Assembly: GCA_963695875.1 (NCBI GenBank) | Contig: CAVOID010000011.1 | Coordinates: 160,001-224,000 of the forward strand | Source of the DNA: an uncultured delta proteobacterium | GTDB lineage: Bacteria; Desulfobacterota; Syntrophia; Syntrophales; UBA2185 | DNA length: 64,000 bases | Direction: 5' to 3' | In this document: one piece after another, positions 40,665 through 50,620 of the stretch | Layout: each line of letters starts with the position of its first letter | Position numbering within the stretch: the first letter of the stretch is position 1 | Position numbers and translations under genes: made by a program | Notes under the pieces: generated by a model | What the model was told of the DNA's origin: nothing | What the model saw: the letters and a program-made list of their open reading frames with translations, nothing else | The model's database searches: none

Positions 40665-42062
40665 CTAGATAATGCGAAAAGCGTCGACCAACGTACACCG
40701 CCGGATCCGGGTGAAAGTTCTGGCCGAAGTCAATCCTTCTCCCGTTGGCCCTGCAATTGTAAAAGATGTATGCCCTTCCCCTCCTAGACCGATGCCTGCA
40801 TAGGAAGGTCCATTTTTTACAAAAATGGTTGTTTGCACCGCCCGTGCAAATGCGGTCATATATTCTACATGATTCGAGTGCATAATGGCTGTATGACGAT
40901 TCCCCTGTTCCACCTGTACGGCAAAATCAATCCCCTCACTGACGTCTCTGACGCGTACGATTGGCATAACAGGCATCATTTGTTCCAACCAAACGAGTGG
41001 GTGATCTTTATCGGCTTCAAAAATGGCCAATCGGCATTCTTCTCCCACGTTAATCCCGATTTCCTTTAAGATCACCTGTACGTTCTTGCCAATGTAGGCC
41101 GTGTTGATTTTCCTCTCCGGCGTTACGATAAGCTTGATTACCTGCTCAGCCTGCGCCGGTGTCAACAGATATGCCTTTCCCGTCTCCAACATAAAGCTGA
41201 TCAGTGCATCAGCAACCGCGTTTACCACAATCACTTCTTTTTCACAGGTACAAAAGATGTTGTTGTTGATGCTCGCGCCGTCAATGATGGAAGCGGCAGC
41301 TCTACGGATGTTGGCGGTATCATCCACCAGTGCCGGAGGATTTCCGGCGCCGGCTCCGATGGCCTTCTTGCCTGAACGAAGGACGACATCGACTACGGGC
41401 CGACCGCCTGTAGCCACCAACATGTTGATTTTGGGATGTTCGATGAGTTGTTTGGCTGTAGTAAGATCGGGCTTCGGCACGGATGATATCAAACCCGGAG
41501 GACCTCCCGCGCGAACAATGGCTTCGTGAAGGATTCGAATGGTCTGAATACTGGTTTCGCGTGCAGTTGGGTGAGGGTTAAAAACCACAGCGTTGCCGGC
41601 CGCCACCATGCTGATGGCGTTATTGATTACTGTACCGGTGGGGTTGGTAATAGGAGTCAATGACCCGATAACCCCACGAGGAGCATATTCGACCAGGGTC
41701 AGACCGTTATCTCCGCTGTAAGCGCGAGGTTCGATGTCTTCAGTGCCCGGGGTTTTGGTGGCGCATAGGATATTTTCCCGGAGCTTGTCCTCATAGCGAC
41801 CAAGTCCTGATTCTTTCACCGCTAAAGCAGAAATCGTTTCATTATGATCCAAAGCGGCATGCCGGATGGCAGCGATTATTTTATCCCGATGGTGCAAAGT
41901 CAGCGCTAACAGTCTCTTTTGCGCTGCGACGGCATTTTCCACCGCTTGATCAACAGTCTCAAAAATACCCGTGGGACCTTCGGTCTGGACGATCTTCTCC
42001 TCGATCATTTCCGACAATACTTTTTTGACCGCAGTTAAGATGAGTTCCTGGTTGGTTTCCAC
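40665..42062 (-). CDS. pduP: CoA-acylating aldehyde dehydrogenase PduP/EutE
   Basis: TPGTED, PITNP, GAGAGNPP, CTCEKE, EQMMP, TIAGPTGEGLTSAR; N-terminal encapsulation helix. Confidence 0.93.
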   Translation of the reverse strand: METNQELILTAVKKVLSEMIEEKIVQTEGPTGIFETVDQAVENAVAAQKRLLALTLHHRDKIIAAIRHAALDHNETISALAVKESGLGRYEDKLRENILCATKTPGTEDIEPRAYSGDNGLTLVEYAPRGVIGSLTPITNPTGTVINNAISMVAAGNAVVFNPHPTARETSIQTIRILHEAIVRAGGPPGLISSVPKPDLTTAKQLIEHPKINMLVATGGRPVVDVVLRSGKKAIGAGAGNPPALVDDTANIRRAAASIIDGASINNNIFCTCEKEVIVVNAVADALISFMLETGKAYLLTPAQAEQVIKLIVTPERKINTAYIGKNVQVILKEIGINVGEECRLAIFEADKDHPLVWLEQMMPVMPIVRVRDVSEGIDFAVQVEQGNRHTAIMHSNHVEYMTAFARAVQTTIFVKNGPSYAGIGLGGEGHTSFTIAGPTGEGLTSARTFTRIRRCTLVDAFRII

Positions 42063-42190
42063 TGCCGTTCCTCCTTTCACACAACTTTAAAGCCACTGAC
42101 CGATAGGGCCTTTATCCGCAAAGAGCTTTTCTTTCCCCCCTCTAGCCTCATCATTGTCCATTCCCAATGCGAACTGTCGACAGACATCAA

Positions 42191-42772
42191 CTAATTGTCA
42201 TCAGAAGCTATGATAAAAGCCCCAGCAAGAATGGAAATAAATTCATGAGTGATAAAACAACCTTCTTTGAGAAAAGCCTCCTCCAGACATCTTTCAAGGT
42301 AGGACATCCAGTTTGTCCCCTGAGGTTTCCCTCGAAGAAGGGGTTTGATCGATTCCGCAAGACATTCCACTTCACCAAGGGTATCCAGTACTGCACATGC
42401 TACCCGCTCATCTTCTTCGACGCTTCCACCGCTGATTCCAATCCCACCCGCCACTTGTCCTCGCAACTTCAGGGGAAAGCCACCACCAAAGAGGACAATC
42501 TTTCCGGCATTAGTATGTTGAATCCCGTAAAGTGGATTACCTGGGAGCGCCATTTGTCCCACTTCGCGGGTCGACATGCGCAAAGCTGCCGCTGTATAAG
42601 CTTTGGAAATGGCGATGTCCGTGCTTGCCGGCAAGGCGCCCTCCATGCGCGCAAAGTACTGCAGGAGGCCTTCGTGGTCCACGATGGCTATGGCCATGGC
42701 AAGTCCCATATCTGCGGCGGCGTTTTCTGCAAGGGAAGCCAATATGCGCGATAAAGGAAAGGGAAGCTTCAC
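42191..42772 (-). CDS. GlcG-family heme-binding domain (PduO C-terminal-like)
   Basis: AIVDHEG, KAYTAAAL, LFGGGFPL, GIGISGG. Confidence 0.88.
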   Translation of the reverse strand: MKLPFPLSRILASLAENAAADMGLAMAIAIVDHEGLLQYFARMEGALPASTDIAISKAYTAAALRMSTREVGQMALPGNPLYGIQHTNAGKIVLFGGGFPLKLRGQVAGGIGISGGSVEEDERVACAVLDTLGEVECLAESIKPLLRGKPQGTNWMSYLERCLEEAFLKEGCFITHEFISILAGAFIIASDDN

Positions 42773-42775
42773 GGG

Positions 42776-43370
42776 TCAATGCCTTCCTTTGGCTGGCGAT
42801 CTCGAAACAGCCATCAACTCATCCAAAACTTTTTTAATGGCACCTGCGACTGCCGCTGACCATGCCAGAACGAAGAGCAGGTCACTTAATCGATTGATAT
42901 AAACGATCAATTCCTCGTATGTTCCGGTGCTGCGATTGAGGCTTACGATCAGACGCTCAACCCGGCGGCACACGGAGCGAGCCAGATGGAGCGCAGCACT
43001 TTCCGGACAATCACCCGGAATTACAAAACCGCCGGGCATGCCGAACAAGTCAGTCATCTGATCAATCCAGTCCTCCAGCTTGTTTCACATCCTTTATGGT
43101 GATTCGATTTCCAAGTTGAGAAATCCGCTCTGCCGTCGAAGCCAACTCCGCACCAGCCACAAATAGATCTTTTTGAATAGCTCGAAGGATAGATCGCACA
43201 GATTCTTCCTGAATAAGGCTTCGAGCCATTCCGAGGTGAGATTGGAGTTCATCGAGCGCCCCATACGTGTTAACATGGAGGTCGTCCTTTTCGACAGTCT
43301 CTCCGCTCAAGAGTTTCGTCTGCCCTCGGTCGCCGAAACGAGTGTAGATTTTTCGCAAGACTTCAGCCAT
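42776..43370 (-). CDS. pduO: ATP:cob(I)alamin adenosyltransferase PduO (one +1 frameshift near 43084)
   Basis: KIYTRFGDRGQT, YGALDELQS, ARSVCRRVER, YINRLSDLLF; removing one A gives DVNKLEDWIDQMTD. Confidence 0.88.
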
Positions 43371-43388
43371 CAGTAGTCAGCTTCACCG

Positions 43389-43667
43389 TCAGTTGCCTTC
43401 TTCAATGTCAATGCGATCAATGATGCCAATGATCGTAGCATCTACTGGACACTGATCGTCATTTACAGCTCTACGGGCGCCACTTCCCCTTACCAAGATG
43501 ACGCGCTCGCCGACGCCAGCCCCAACAGCATCCACGGCCACGAAAGGATCACCCTTTGGGACCAACCCTTCCTGATCCAGAGGCTGAACAATTTGTATCT
43601 TGCTTCCCACGAGGTTTTCGTGTTTGCGTGTGGCGACGAGAGTCCCGATCACTTTAGCAATTAGCAT
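43389..43667 (-). CDS. pduN: BMC pentameric vertex protein (PduN/EutN/CcmL)
   Basis: AKVIGTLVATRK, VAVDAVGAGVGE, PVDATIIGIID. Confidence 0.95.
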   Translation of the reverse strand: MLIAKVIGTLVATRKHENLVGSKIQIVQPLDQEGLVPKGDPFVAVDAVGAGVGERVILVRGSGARRAVNDDQCPVDATIIGIIDRIDIEEGN

Positions 43668-43687
43668 TATAAGTACCCTTTCTTATG

Positions 43688-44506
43688 TTAGCAAGCTCCG
43701 TCATTATCTGTCGTGAGGACAACCCCATACCGTTTGGCCAAGTCCTGAGCCAAGGGAGTCATTCCGGATGCATATCCGACGTTCAGATTCGCTCCCATTC
43801 GCCACGCATGAAGCACGTCAGCGGCGGTTACGAACCGTTTAGAAATGCTAAGAGTTGGCACAGGAGAGGCAGATGTGATCTCCCGTTGTTTAACGTCTGG
43901 GGCGTCTTCACTAATCAGCATAAATTTCACGGTGTTTCTAAGTTGTCGTATATCGGTTAAGGTACAGCCATAGTCCCCTACCGTTTGCAGACGCTGCGCT
44001 ATGGCCTGCTTCAGTGCCACTTTTCCTTTATGGAACCCGAGTTCCTCCCTTCCCTTATCACCGGGATCTGCACCATTTCTGGCCACGACCACGGGTTTCC
44101 CCATGAGGAGCGCATGCAGGATGATATTCGTAGCCGTGTTATCCGCGATCAACATGGATAACTTTGAAAGCGTGTTGAGGCTAAGCAACGGTACCACAAC
44201 AGCACGGGCGTCCTTCAAGAAAGCGAGCCATGTCGGAGGTTCAACCATGCTCACATGGGGAAAACCATCCAATTGCTGCTTAATTCCCGAGGAGATGAGG
44301 TGCTCCGCCGCCGGAGAAAAAGCCAATCGGACATGAAATCCATCCAAAATGAGATCGCGGACTTGCTGGACGGCCTCGCGAAACCCCACCGTGGCGGCAG
44401 TAAAGACAACCATAAGCTCGCCTTTGTCACCGAGCGCACCCAGGCGCTGGGCCAGTCTGTGAATGACCTTCACGATGATATCCTGGATCTGTTCTTCTTG
44501 GATCAT
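43688..44506 (-). CDS. BMC-associated flavoprotein
   Basis: Starts MIQEEQIQDIIVKV; FSPAAE, LSLNTLSKL..IADN, ALLMGKPVV, MTPLAQD. Confidence 0.75.
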   Translation of the reverse strand: MIQEEQIQDIIVKVIHRLAQRLGALGDKGELMVVFTAATVGFREAVQQVRDLILDGFHVRLAFSPAAEHLISSGIKQQLDGFPHVSMVEPPTWLAFLKDARAVVVPLLSLNTLSKLSMLIADNTATNIILHALLMGKPVVVARNGADPGDKGREELGFHKGKVALKQAIAQRLQTVGDYGCTLTDIRQLRNTVKFMLISEDAPDVKQREITSASPVPTLSISKRFVTAADVLHAWRMGANLNVGYASGMTPLAQDLAKRYGVVLTTDNDGAC

Positions 44507-45369
44507 CGGGTTTTTCCCATCCGGCCTGATTCTTTCCTCTCGGTTTTCAGGCAACTCAACGCAATGCCCAAAGGAGTGACCAGCAGAGGGGTTAACCGGT
44601 CTCTCCACAGAGAGGCCTGTCTCCATTTCCATCACCTCTTCGATTCCCGGGAAACAACTCGTACCACCGACCAGATAAAGAGAGTCCACCGGGTGTTGCT
44701 GCAAATGATGGCGCACGATGCTGGCCATTTTTTGGAACACGGGTCGTACCAGGGGAAAGATGGTTGATTGCTGCTGGGGATCAGTTTTTATTCTTTCCGC
44801 CTCATCGGTGCTAATTTTGTAGTGTCCGGCGATCACCAGGTCAACGTGGATCCCGCCGGTGGCTTCATCAGCCGTGTAAACCACCTCTCCATTCTTGAAT
44901 CACGGAAATACCTGTGGTGCCGCCGCCAATATCCACCACCGCTCCATCCGCAATCTCCAGTACGAGAGAAGCCGCAGTCGGTTCGTCAATCAGTCCGGAT
45001 ACCTGTAAACCGGCAGCCTGCCAGCACGTTGGCAAACGTCTGAGCGTTTCGTCCTATGGTGCCAGGAGGATAAGCCGCTGCTGCAGATTTAATGTGGAAG
45101 CCGGCTTCGCGGAGCAGTTTTACCTGTTGACGAACAATGCTAATGGCGCTTACGTAATCTAAGACCAACCCATCTCTTATGCTGGATCGGCTCCGAGTCA
45201 ATGCCCCCGCAACGGGTGCACCGGTGGCATCGACAACTGCAGTGACGGTATAGGCTGTCCCCAGGTCCACACCGGCAAACAAAGGTTCGCTGCGATGTCC
45301 GTTCCCGTTGAGTACCAGAGAAGACTCAAAGGCTAATAAGAGTTGATTGGCTGAATCTTTGATCATCAA
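44503..45369 (-). CDS. eutJ: EutJ chaperone-like protein (three +1 frameshifts near 45030, 44897, 44590)
   Basis: GVDLGTA, RDGLVLDY, DEPTAA, VVDIGGGTTG, DEATGG, LVGGTSCFPG, PLLVTPLGIA spread across frames. Confidence 0.85.
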
Positions 45370-45390
45370 ATTATCTCCATTCCGCTCAAA

Positions 45391-46017
45391 TCAAGACGCT
45401 TTTCCCGAGAGATTGAGAATAGATGTTTCCGCGGCTTTCGCGGCACGGGCAACATCGGATTCCTTACCGCCGATGTACAGCCGACCCACGGCGCCATATG
45501 TTCTGCAGTCAACCAGGGTGATCAGGGCGTTTTTCTCTGCTTCGTTGGCAGCAAGGGTTATGTACCCGGCAGGTACGACCTCGAGAATATATAGATCCTG
45601 TCCCGGCAGGAGCATGGAACACAGACGAGAGACGTTCACCATTTGAGCATGATAGTCGTTGACTTTATGAATGATTTGAGAACTGAGAATCTGTGGTTTG
45701 ACTCGGTCCTCCACCGTCATCCCAAGGGACGTGAGTACTGCATGGCCCGCTTGTTTGACGTCTGCTTGCGCCTTGGAGTGAAACTCGAGTACTCCGAAAT
45801 GACGTTCCACCACCATGAGTCCGGGGCGAACGTTGGCGGCTTTGAGAGCTGCATCCGTCAATTGGTTGATGATCACTCCCGGAGCAATTTCCACGAGAAT
45901 GGAGGCCATGCCGACCACGGGGATATAACCCCGCGCATTGGCCCCAAGGTAAGCAGCGAACTGAGGTTGTAGTCGATCTAAATAGACATACGCACGGAGC
46001 TCAACCATAACAGACAT
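45391..46017 (-). CDS. Tandem BMC shell protein of CcmP/CsoS1D-like type
   Basis: ELRAYVYLDRLQPQFAAYLG, EIAPG, VERHFGVLE, PAGY..LAANEAEK, GAVGRLY. Confidence 0.85.
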   Translation of the reverse strand: MSVMVELRAYVYLDRLQPQFAAYLGANARGYIPVVGMASILVEIAPGVIINQLTDAALKAANVRPGLMVVERHFGVLEFHSKAQADVKQAGHAVLTSLGMTVEDRVKPQILSSQIIHKVNDYHAQMVNVSRLCSMLLPGQDLYILEVVPAGYITLAANEAEKNALITLVDCRTYGAVGRLYIGGKESDVARAAKAAETSILNLSGKAS

Positions 46018-46114
46018 CCTTTTCTGTGCTCATCTACTAAACTGACCTTATATACCAAAAGCGCCTGTCATCGTGAGGGAGTGAAACCTCCCCGGGTCAT
46101 TAATCTCTCATAAC

Positions 46115-46636
46115 TCAGGAGATTTGGGGTTTGCTTTTTCCCCGTCCTTTGGGCTTGTATTTATGAGGCGTTGCGTGTTTCCGAGCTTTTGGGCTTCTCC
46201 CGTCTTGCTTTTCGGGACCTCTATGGTCGGGCAATTCTGTCGGCCGGACAGGAACCCGAGAAGTTCCTCCATCTTCAATGATCTTGGGCGGTTCTGCCAA
46301 GCTTTTTTCCAGGGGTGGCGGAGCAGAAGGTGGCGCTGTCTCCTTCGTTTTCTCGGGACCTTTGGGACCAGGCTGGCTGATCCGCAGTTGGCGATCTGGT
46401 CTCGGAATCACATGCACAGATATCACCTTGCCGACCTTTTCTGCCGCTGCTGCCCCTGCTGAAACCGCCGCTTGGACTGCAGCCACATCACCGACCACTT
46501 TTATTGTAACCAGACCTGCTCTTGCCAGGTCATAACCAAGCAGAGAAACCAAGGCAGCCTTGCTCGCTGCGTCTGCAGCAACGATCGCTGGCACAAATCC
46601 CCAGGTTTCGATCAATCCGAGGCTATTGTTTTTCAT
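46115..46636 (-). CDS. BMC-H shell protein with Pro/Lys-rich C-terminal extension (PduK-like)
   Basis: SLGLIETWG, GDVAAVQAAV, HVIPRP, then a disordered tail of about 85 aa. Confidence 0.88.
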   Translation of the reverse strand: MKNNSLGLIETWGFVPAIVAADAASKAALVSLLGYDLARAGLVTIKVVGDVAAVQAAVSAGAAAAEKVGKVISVHVIPRPDRQLRISQPGPKGPEKTKETAPPSAPPPLEKSLAEPPKIIEDGGTSRVPVRPTELPDHRGPEKQDGRSPKARKHATPHKYKPKGRGKSKPQIS

Positions 46637-46786
46637 CGTTTATCCCCTCTTTCCGCAACCGCGGATCTTATAACTCCCCACTCTGACATTTTCGGATCGC
46701 ACAATCGTCGTTCGATAAAATGGGGCCATTTATTATTCACTATATCGGTTTCAGGGTTTGCGGATCCATGCCGGTCAATTTTCAGA

Positions 46787-47242
46787 CTATTCAGCATAAC
46801 ACTTTAGTATTTCATCAAGTATCAGATTGATCAGCTCCTCCGATTCATCTTGAGGATTCCTTAGAGAATCATCAACGCCAGCAAGAGAGGCCCCGTTACT
46901 GCGAAAGACGAGGGGTTGCCCCTTGACCAAGCGGGCGGCATTGATTCCCAGGCGACGCAAACTGACGGGCTGCCAGGGTTTGGTTGTAAGAGAAAACAAT
47001 GGAGTCTCGGTCGGTAAATCATGGTGATGAAGAATAACCTCACCACTTCTACCTATACCGATACCTACATTGAGAGGCGAACCATCGGCAGCCTGCTTAG
47101 CAAGATCTACAATCGGCCCGTTGCTCACTTCGCGGATTTCGAACGGGATTCCTTCTTCTTCCAGACCCCAGAGTACAGGTTGAAAGGAATCGGTCAAAAC
47201 AGAGCGGGCCTTAAATATCCATATTGCGGGATGCTGGTTCAT
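46787..47242 (-). CDS. pduH: Diol dehydratase reactivase small subunit
   Basis: GLEEEGIPF, SPLNVGIGI, RRLGINAARLVKGQP. Confidence 0.9.
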   Translation of the reverse strand: MNQHPAIWIFKARSVLTDSFQPVLWGLEEEGIPFEIREVSNGPIVDLAKQAADGSPLNVGIGIGRSGEVILHHHDLPTETPLFSLTTKPWQPVSLRRLGINAARLVKGQPLVFRSNGASLAGVDDSLRNPQDESEELINLILDEILKCYAE

Positions 47243-49065
47243 GCTGCTCCCTTTTCCTCATGGGCAAGGATGAGACCCGTGGCCACGGCGTTACGCGGGC
47301 CTTCTATGCCTCGAACATTCGCTCTGCCAGTTACAACCCCGTATTCGCTGAGTGCATCCGAAATCATTTTGGGTATTTCAAAATCTAATGCTGAACCTCC
47401 CACCAGAACCACGAAGTGTATCAGCCGGATGTTTCCTGCTGGGGCCACTCTTTTTAATGCGCGGAGGGCATTGCTGACAAAAACCTTGCGTTTAGCCTGC
47501 TGGCGAACGGCGATAAACTGTTCCAGCGTTGCCTTGGCGTCGAGAGGTATGAGCCCGGTATCGGTTACGATGGCCAGCCGCCCGAAGAATTTTGGGTCCA
47601 GCACCTTTTCAAAGAATTGCACGGAACCGTCTTCATGTCGTATGTGTAAAAGGCTGTCCACTCTTGCCAGAGGGTAGCGCTTGATGTCTTCTGCGAGTTC
47701 TTTGTCTTCAAGACCCAATTCCGTGTCTATGAGCAAGGTTACCATCTCGCCCGCGCCAGCCAGATGAATGCTTTGAATCATCCCATCTTCCGAGATAAAC
47801 GCGGCATCCGTGGACCCTCCCCCAAGATCCAGGATGGCCAAGGGGGGGCTGGTTCCTGGAGTGGTTAAAGCTCCACGGACAGCCATCTCTGCTTCAACTC
47901 CGCCGACGGCACAAGAAACAAGGGTCTCATCCTCAATCTTTCTCGCCAGGCGCTGCATGGGGAGCCTGTGCGTTTCCACCATGGCGGCTAGCCCGACCGC
48001 ATTTCCCAAAGTGTATTCACCTGCCAAGGCCCCCAGAACCCTCTGGGGTTTAAAAGTGCCCACCGCAAGGATATCGCGTACCGTGATCTGTTGGACCGGC
48101 TGATCCGTCAGCTCAGCCATGACCTTTCTTACCTGTTCAAACATTCCCCCCACATTAGTGCCCGGTTCCGCCTGGATTTCCACAAGAGGGGAAATCTCTT
48201 CCGTGCGTGCCATGATGGCCTCGGCCCCCTCCTCAACCTGCACCTGGGCCTTCTGGTTCTTGCCAATGAGGATAAGCTTTCCTGCGGGAATCCGTCGCTC
48301 CTGAATATCTCCCTTTGGGGTCTTAATGACGACGGCGCTACGGATGCCCGTAAGGGCTCGCGCTACGGGAACAATCCGACGGGTTTCTTCGGAGTCCAGA
48401 TTGAATATGGTGGCAATGTCATAGGGATTGGAGAGCTTTTCGATAGTTCTCCCGGGAGGCGCTACCTCCACCGCCGCCAGCATTCCCAATGGGACACGAT
48501 CAATGTGTTCCACCTCGTCAACGATGGGGATGGGGCGGAGTAAGCGATTGTGAATGAGCACGCCGTCATCATTCCGGATAATTGCTCCGACAATCTCTTT
48601 GCCTTGCGCAACGAATTCATTGATGCGGGCTGCCGCTTCCCGAAAATCCACTGTTTCGGGCATGACGAGTATCCATTTCTGACCGGGGACTGCCGATGCC
48701 AAAGAATCTAAGGCGATGGTCGTTCCCACTCCTAAACCTTCGCCGCCAGGAGTTGAAGGGTTATGACCGATCATGGCCGATTCGGTGATGATTGTTTCGG
48801 TGATCGTCTCCATAGCCACATCACCGATGACCGGGGTAGCTTCATTGAGAAGAATCAGGGAAAGATTTTTGCGCTGCAAGGCCAAGGGTTTGAGAGCCGT
48901 ATCGAGGGCAAAGATTACCCCCATGGCATTTTGAATGGTACCTTTGATGCCCACTGTCCGTACAATTGCACTCGAAAGAAAGCTGACCTTTCCCTGTTGG
49001 TTTACCTCCGCTATGGCGACCTCGGTTGTATTGTTACCAACATCAACGCCCGCAATGTAGGCCAT
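47239..49065 (-). CDS. pduG: Diol dehydratase reactivase large subunit
   Basis: AGVDVGNNTTEV, NEATPVIGDVAMETITETIITESAMIGHNP, LDLGGGSTDA, GPRNAVATGL. Confidence 0.95.
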   Translation of the reverse strand: MAYIAGVDVGNNTTEVAIAEVNQQGKVSFLSSAIVRTVGIKGTIQNAMGVIFALDTALKPLALQRKNLSLILLNEATPVIGDVAMETITETIITESAMIGHNPSTPGGEGLGVGTTIALDSLASAVPGQKWILVMPETVDFREAAARINEFVAQGKEIVGAIIRNDDGVLIHNRLLRPIPIVDEVEHIDRVPLGMLAAVEVAPPGRTIEKLSNPYDIATIFNLDSEETRRIVPVARALTGIRSAVVIKTPKGDIQERRIPAGKLILIGKNQKAQVQVEEGAEAIMARTEEISPLVEIQAEPGTNVGGMFEQVRKVMAELTDQPVQQITVRDILAVGTFKPQRVLGALAGEYTLGNAVGLAAMVETHRLPMQRLARKIEDETLVSCAVGGVEAEMAVRGALTTPGTSPPLAILDLGGGSTDAAFISEDGMIQSIHLAGAGEMVTLLIDTELGLEDKELAEDIKRYPLARVDSLLHIRHEDGSVQFFEKVLDPKFFGRLAIVTDTGLIPLDAKATLEQFIAVRQQAKRKVFVSNALRALKRVAPAGNIRLIHFVVLVGGSALDFEIPKMISDALSEYGVVTGRANVRGIEGPRNAVATGLILAHEEKGAA

Positions 49066-49325
49066 GATGGTCTGCTCCATCAAATCTTGCTCAAAGAATC
49101 TCTACCCAACAATTCACCAAACAGTTACCCAAAACATTCGAGGTGAGACGTTTGGTTGAGCAAGCTCCTCTGTTGGCGCTCATCACATTCCCATCGGGAA
49201 ACTCACCCCGATTACTTGATCGGGTGAGAATGGACCATGCCTCTACCGCTTTTTCAATATCACCCGCAGGGGGACCGGCCTATACCCACAGTTCAATCTC
49301 TTGGGCTTTCTCGACGGAAACGCTG

Positions 49326-49889
49326 TTATTCTCGACGCAACCGACCCCGCTTTTCATAGACCTCTGCCGCTTCCCGCACCAGAGCGGCACAGATGCGAGC
49401 CTGGTATTTTGATTCCAGTTCAGTGGCAATATCAAGCATCTCTTTTTTGGTGGAGCGATAGGGTCTCAAGGATTCATAAACCTCCAGGACACGCTGGTCT
49501 GAAAGGCGCGTCAACTCCGCAGCCCGCCGGATATTGTTGGCCAGTTGCGGCCTCCCACAGGCTTCAGCGATTTGCGCCTGATATTCCAGAGTCTCCGGGC
49601 GTATTTTCATGTCCTCAAAAGCGATTTTCCCACTCGCCACCTTGTCCAGGGTTATATCGGCAAGGCTAAGACCGGTGGACGTTTTCACCAAATCGGGTCG
49701 TTTTTGGGCTAAAGGATAATCTCTCTTCGGGTCAAGTCCCTTGTTTGCAGGCGTCTGGCCGCCCATGGAACTCTCACTCAGGACCGTCACGACTCTCTTC
49801 ACCGCTTCCTTGATAAGCTCGGGAGAGACATTAACTCCTTTGGTCTGGGCCATGCGTTCTATCATTTTCGATAATTGTTCATCGCTCAT
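49326..49889 (-). CDS. pduE: Diol dehydratase small subunit
   Basis: DYPLAQKRP, NIRRAAELT, LRPYRSTK; N-terminal extension. Confidence 0.95.
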   Translation of the reverse strand: MSDEQLSKMIERMAQTKGVNVSPELIKEAVKRVVTVLSESSMGGQTPANKGLDPKRDYPLAQKRPDLVKTSTGLSLADITLDKVASGKIAFEDMKIRPETLEYQAQIAEACGRPQLANNIRRAAELTRLSDQRVLEVYESLRPYRSTKKEMLDIATELESKYQARICAALVREAAEVYEKRGRLRRE

Positions 49890-49952
49890 CGTCGACTATT
49901 CCTCCCACAAGTTGTGTGCCTTTCACTGCCCGAGGCGAAGTCAGAGGCCATG

Positions 49953-50618
49953 CTAAAGTTGAATCGTGACTTCCTGGGCCTGTTTATCCGGCTTCACGTA
50001 CTGGGTCTCTTTGTTGTGAAGCAGCGCTGCAAGTCCCTGGTACCGAGGCCGAGCCATGGGATCGTTACGCACCCGCAGAGGGCGGGGACTTTCCCCTTTC
50101 GCATATTTCGCGGCATTGCGCCCAATTGCGCGAAACATTTCCAAATCCACAAGAGGGGATTGCGAGAACAATTCCAGATTCTGAAGGGGTTTGAGATCTT
50201 TCTGATGGATGACGGTAGTGCCCCGGGAAAGGATGCCGATCCCGATTCCTGAACCACTGAGTTTCGCGGCTTCGTGAGCTATTTGCGCAACGTCCGCCGT
50301 CCGATAGATTCTGACCAGACGTGCCTTGAGGCCTTCCTCCTCGATGCCGGCGATGATCTCTCTCAAGACCTGCTGGTGGGGAATGCCGATGATGGTTTTG
50401 TTCATCACCGTACCGAATGCGGGGGGCACCGCAATGACTACCTCATTCTTGGTAACGCCGGTCCTGGCAACGCCGATTTCTTTGATTGCCAGCGGGGTTC
50501 CGCCCTCCTTGAAAGATCCGGCAGGTTGTTTTCCCGCCTCCATTTCCCGCAAAACTTCTAGGATAATTTCCCTGACTATATCTTCGGTAATGTTCATTTT
50601 TCTGCCTCCCTCACTCAT
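49953..50618 (-). CDS. pduD: Diol dehydratase medium subunit
   Basis: AGIEEEG, LSGSGIGIGI, NLELFSQ, IGRNAAKYAKGESP; N-terminal extension. Confidence 0.95.
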   Translation of the reverse strand: MSEGGRKMNITEDIVREIILEVLREMEAGKQPAGSFKEGGTPLAIKEIGVARTGVTKNEVVIAVPPAFGTVMNKTIIGIPHQQVLREIIAGIEEEGLKARLVRIYRTADVAQIAHEAAKLSGSGIGIGILSRGTTVIHQKDLKPLQNLELFSQSPLVDLEMFRAIGRNAAKYAKGESPRPLRVRNDPMARPRYQGLAALLHNKETQYVKPDKQAQEVTIQL

Positions 50619-50620
50619 GC

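Noticed and set aside
43688..44884. Apparent EutJ-flavoprotein fusion (398 aa ORF)
   Set aside because: Created by a +1 shift near 44590. The corrected eutJ ends at a TGA overlapping the flavoprotein ATG at 44506.
49084..49325. Cobalamin riboswitch in the pduE-pduG gap (gldA leader 55144-55380 also examined)
   Set aside because: A hairpin is present (CTCACCC...GGGTGAG) but no B12-box or other conserved core is recognisable. An Rfam scan would settle it.
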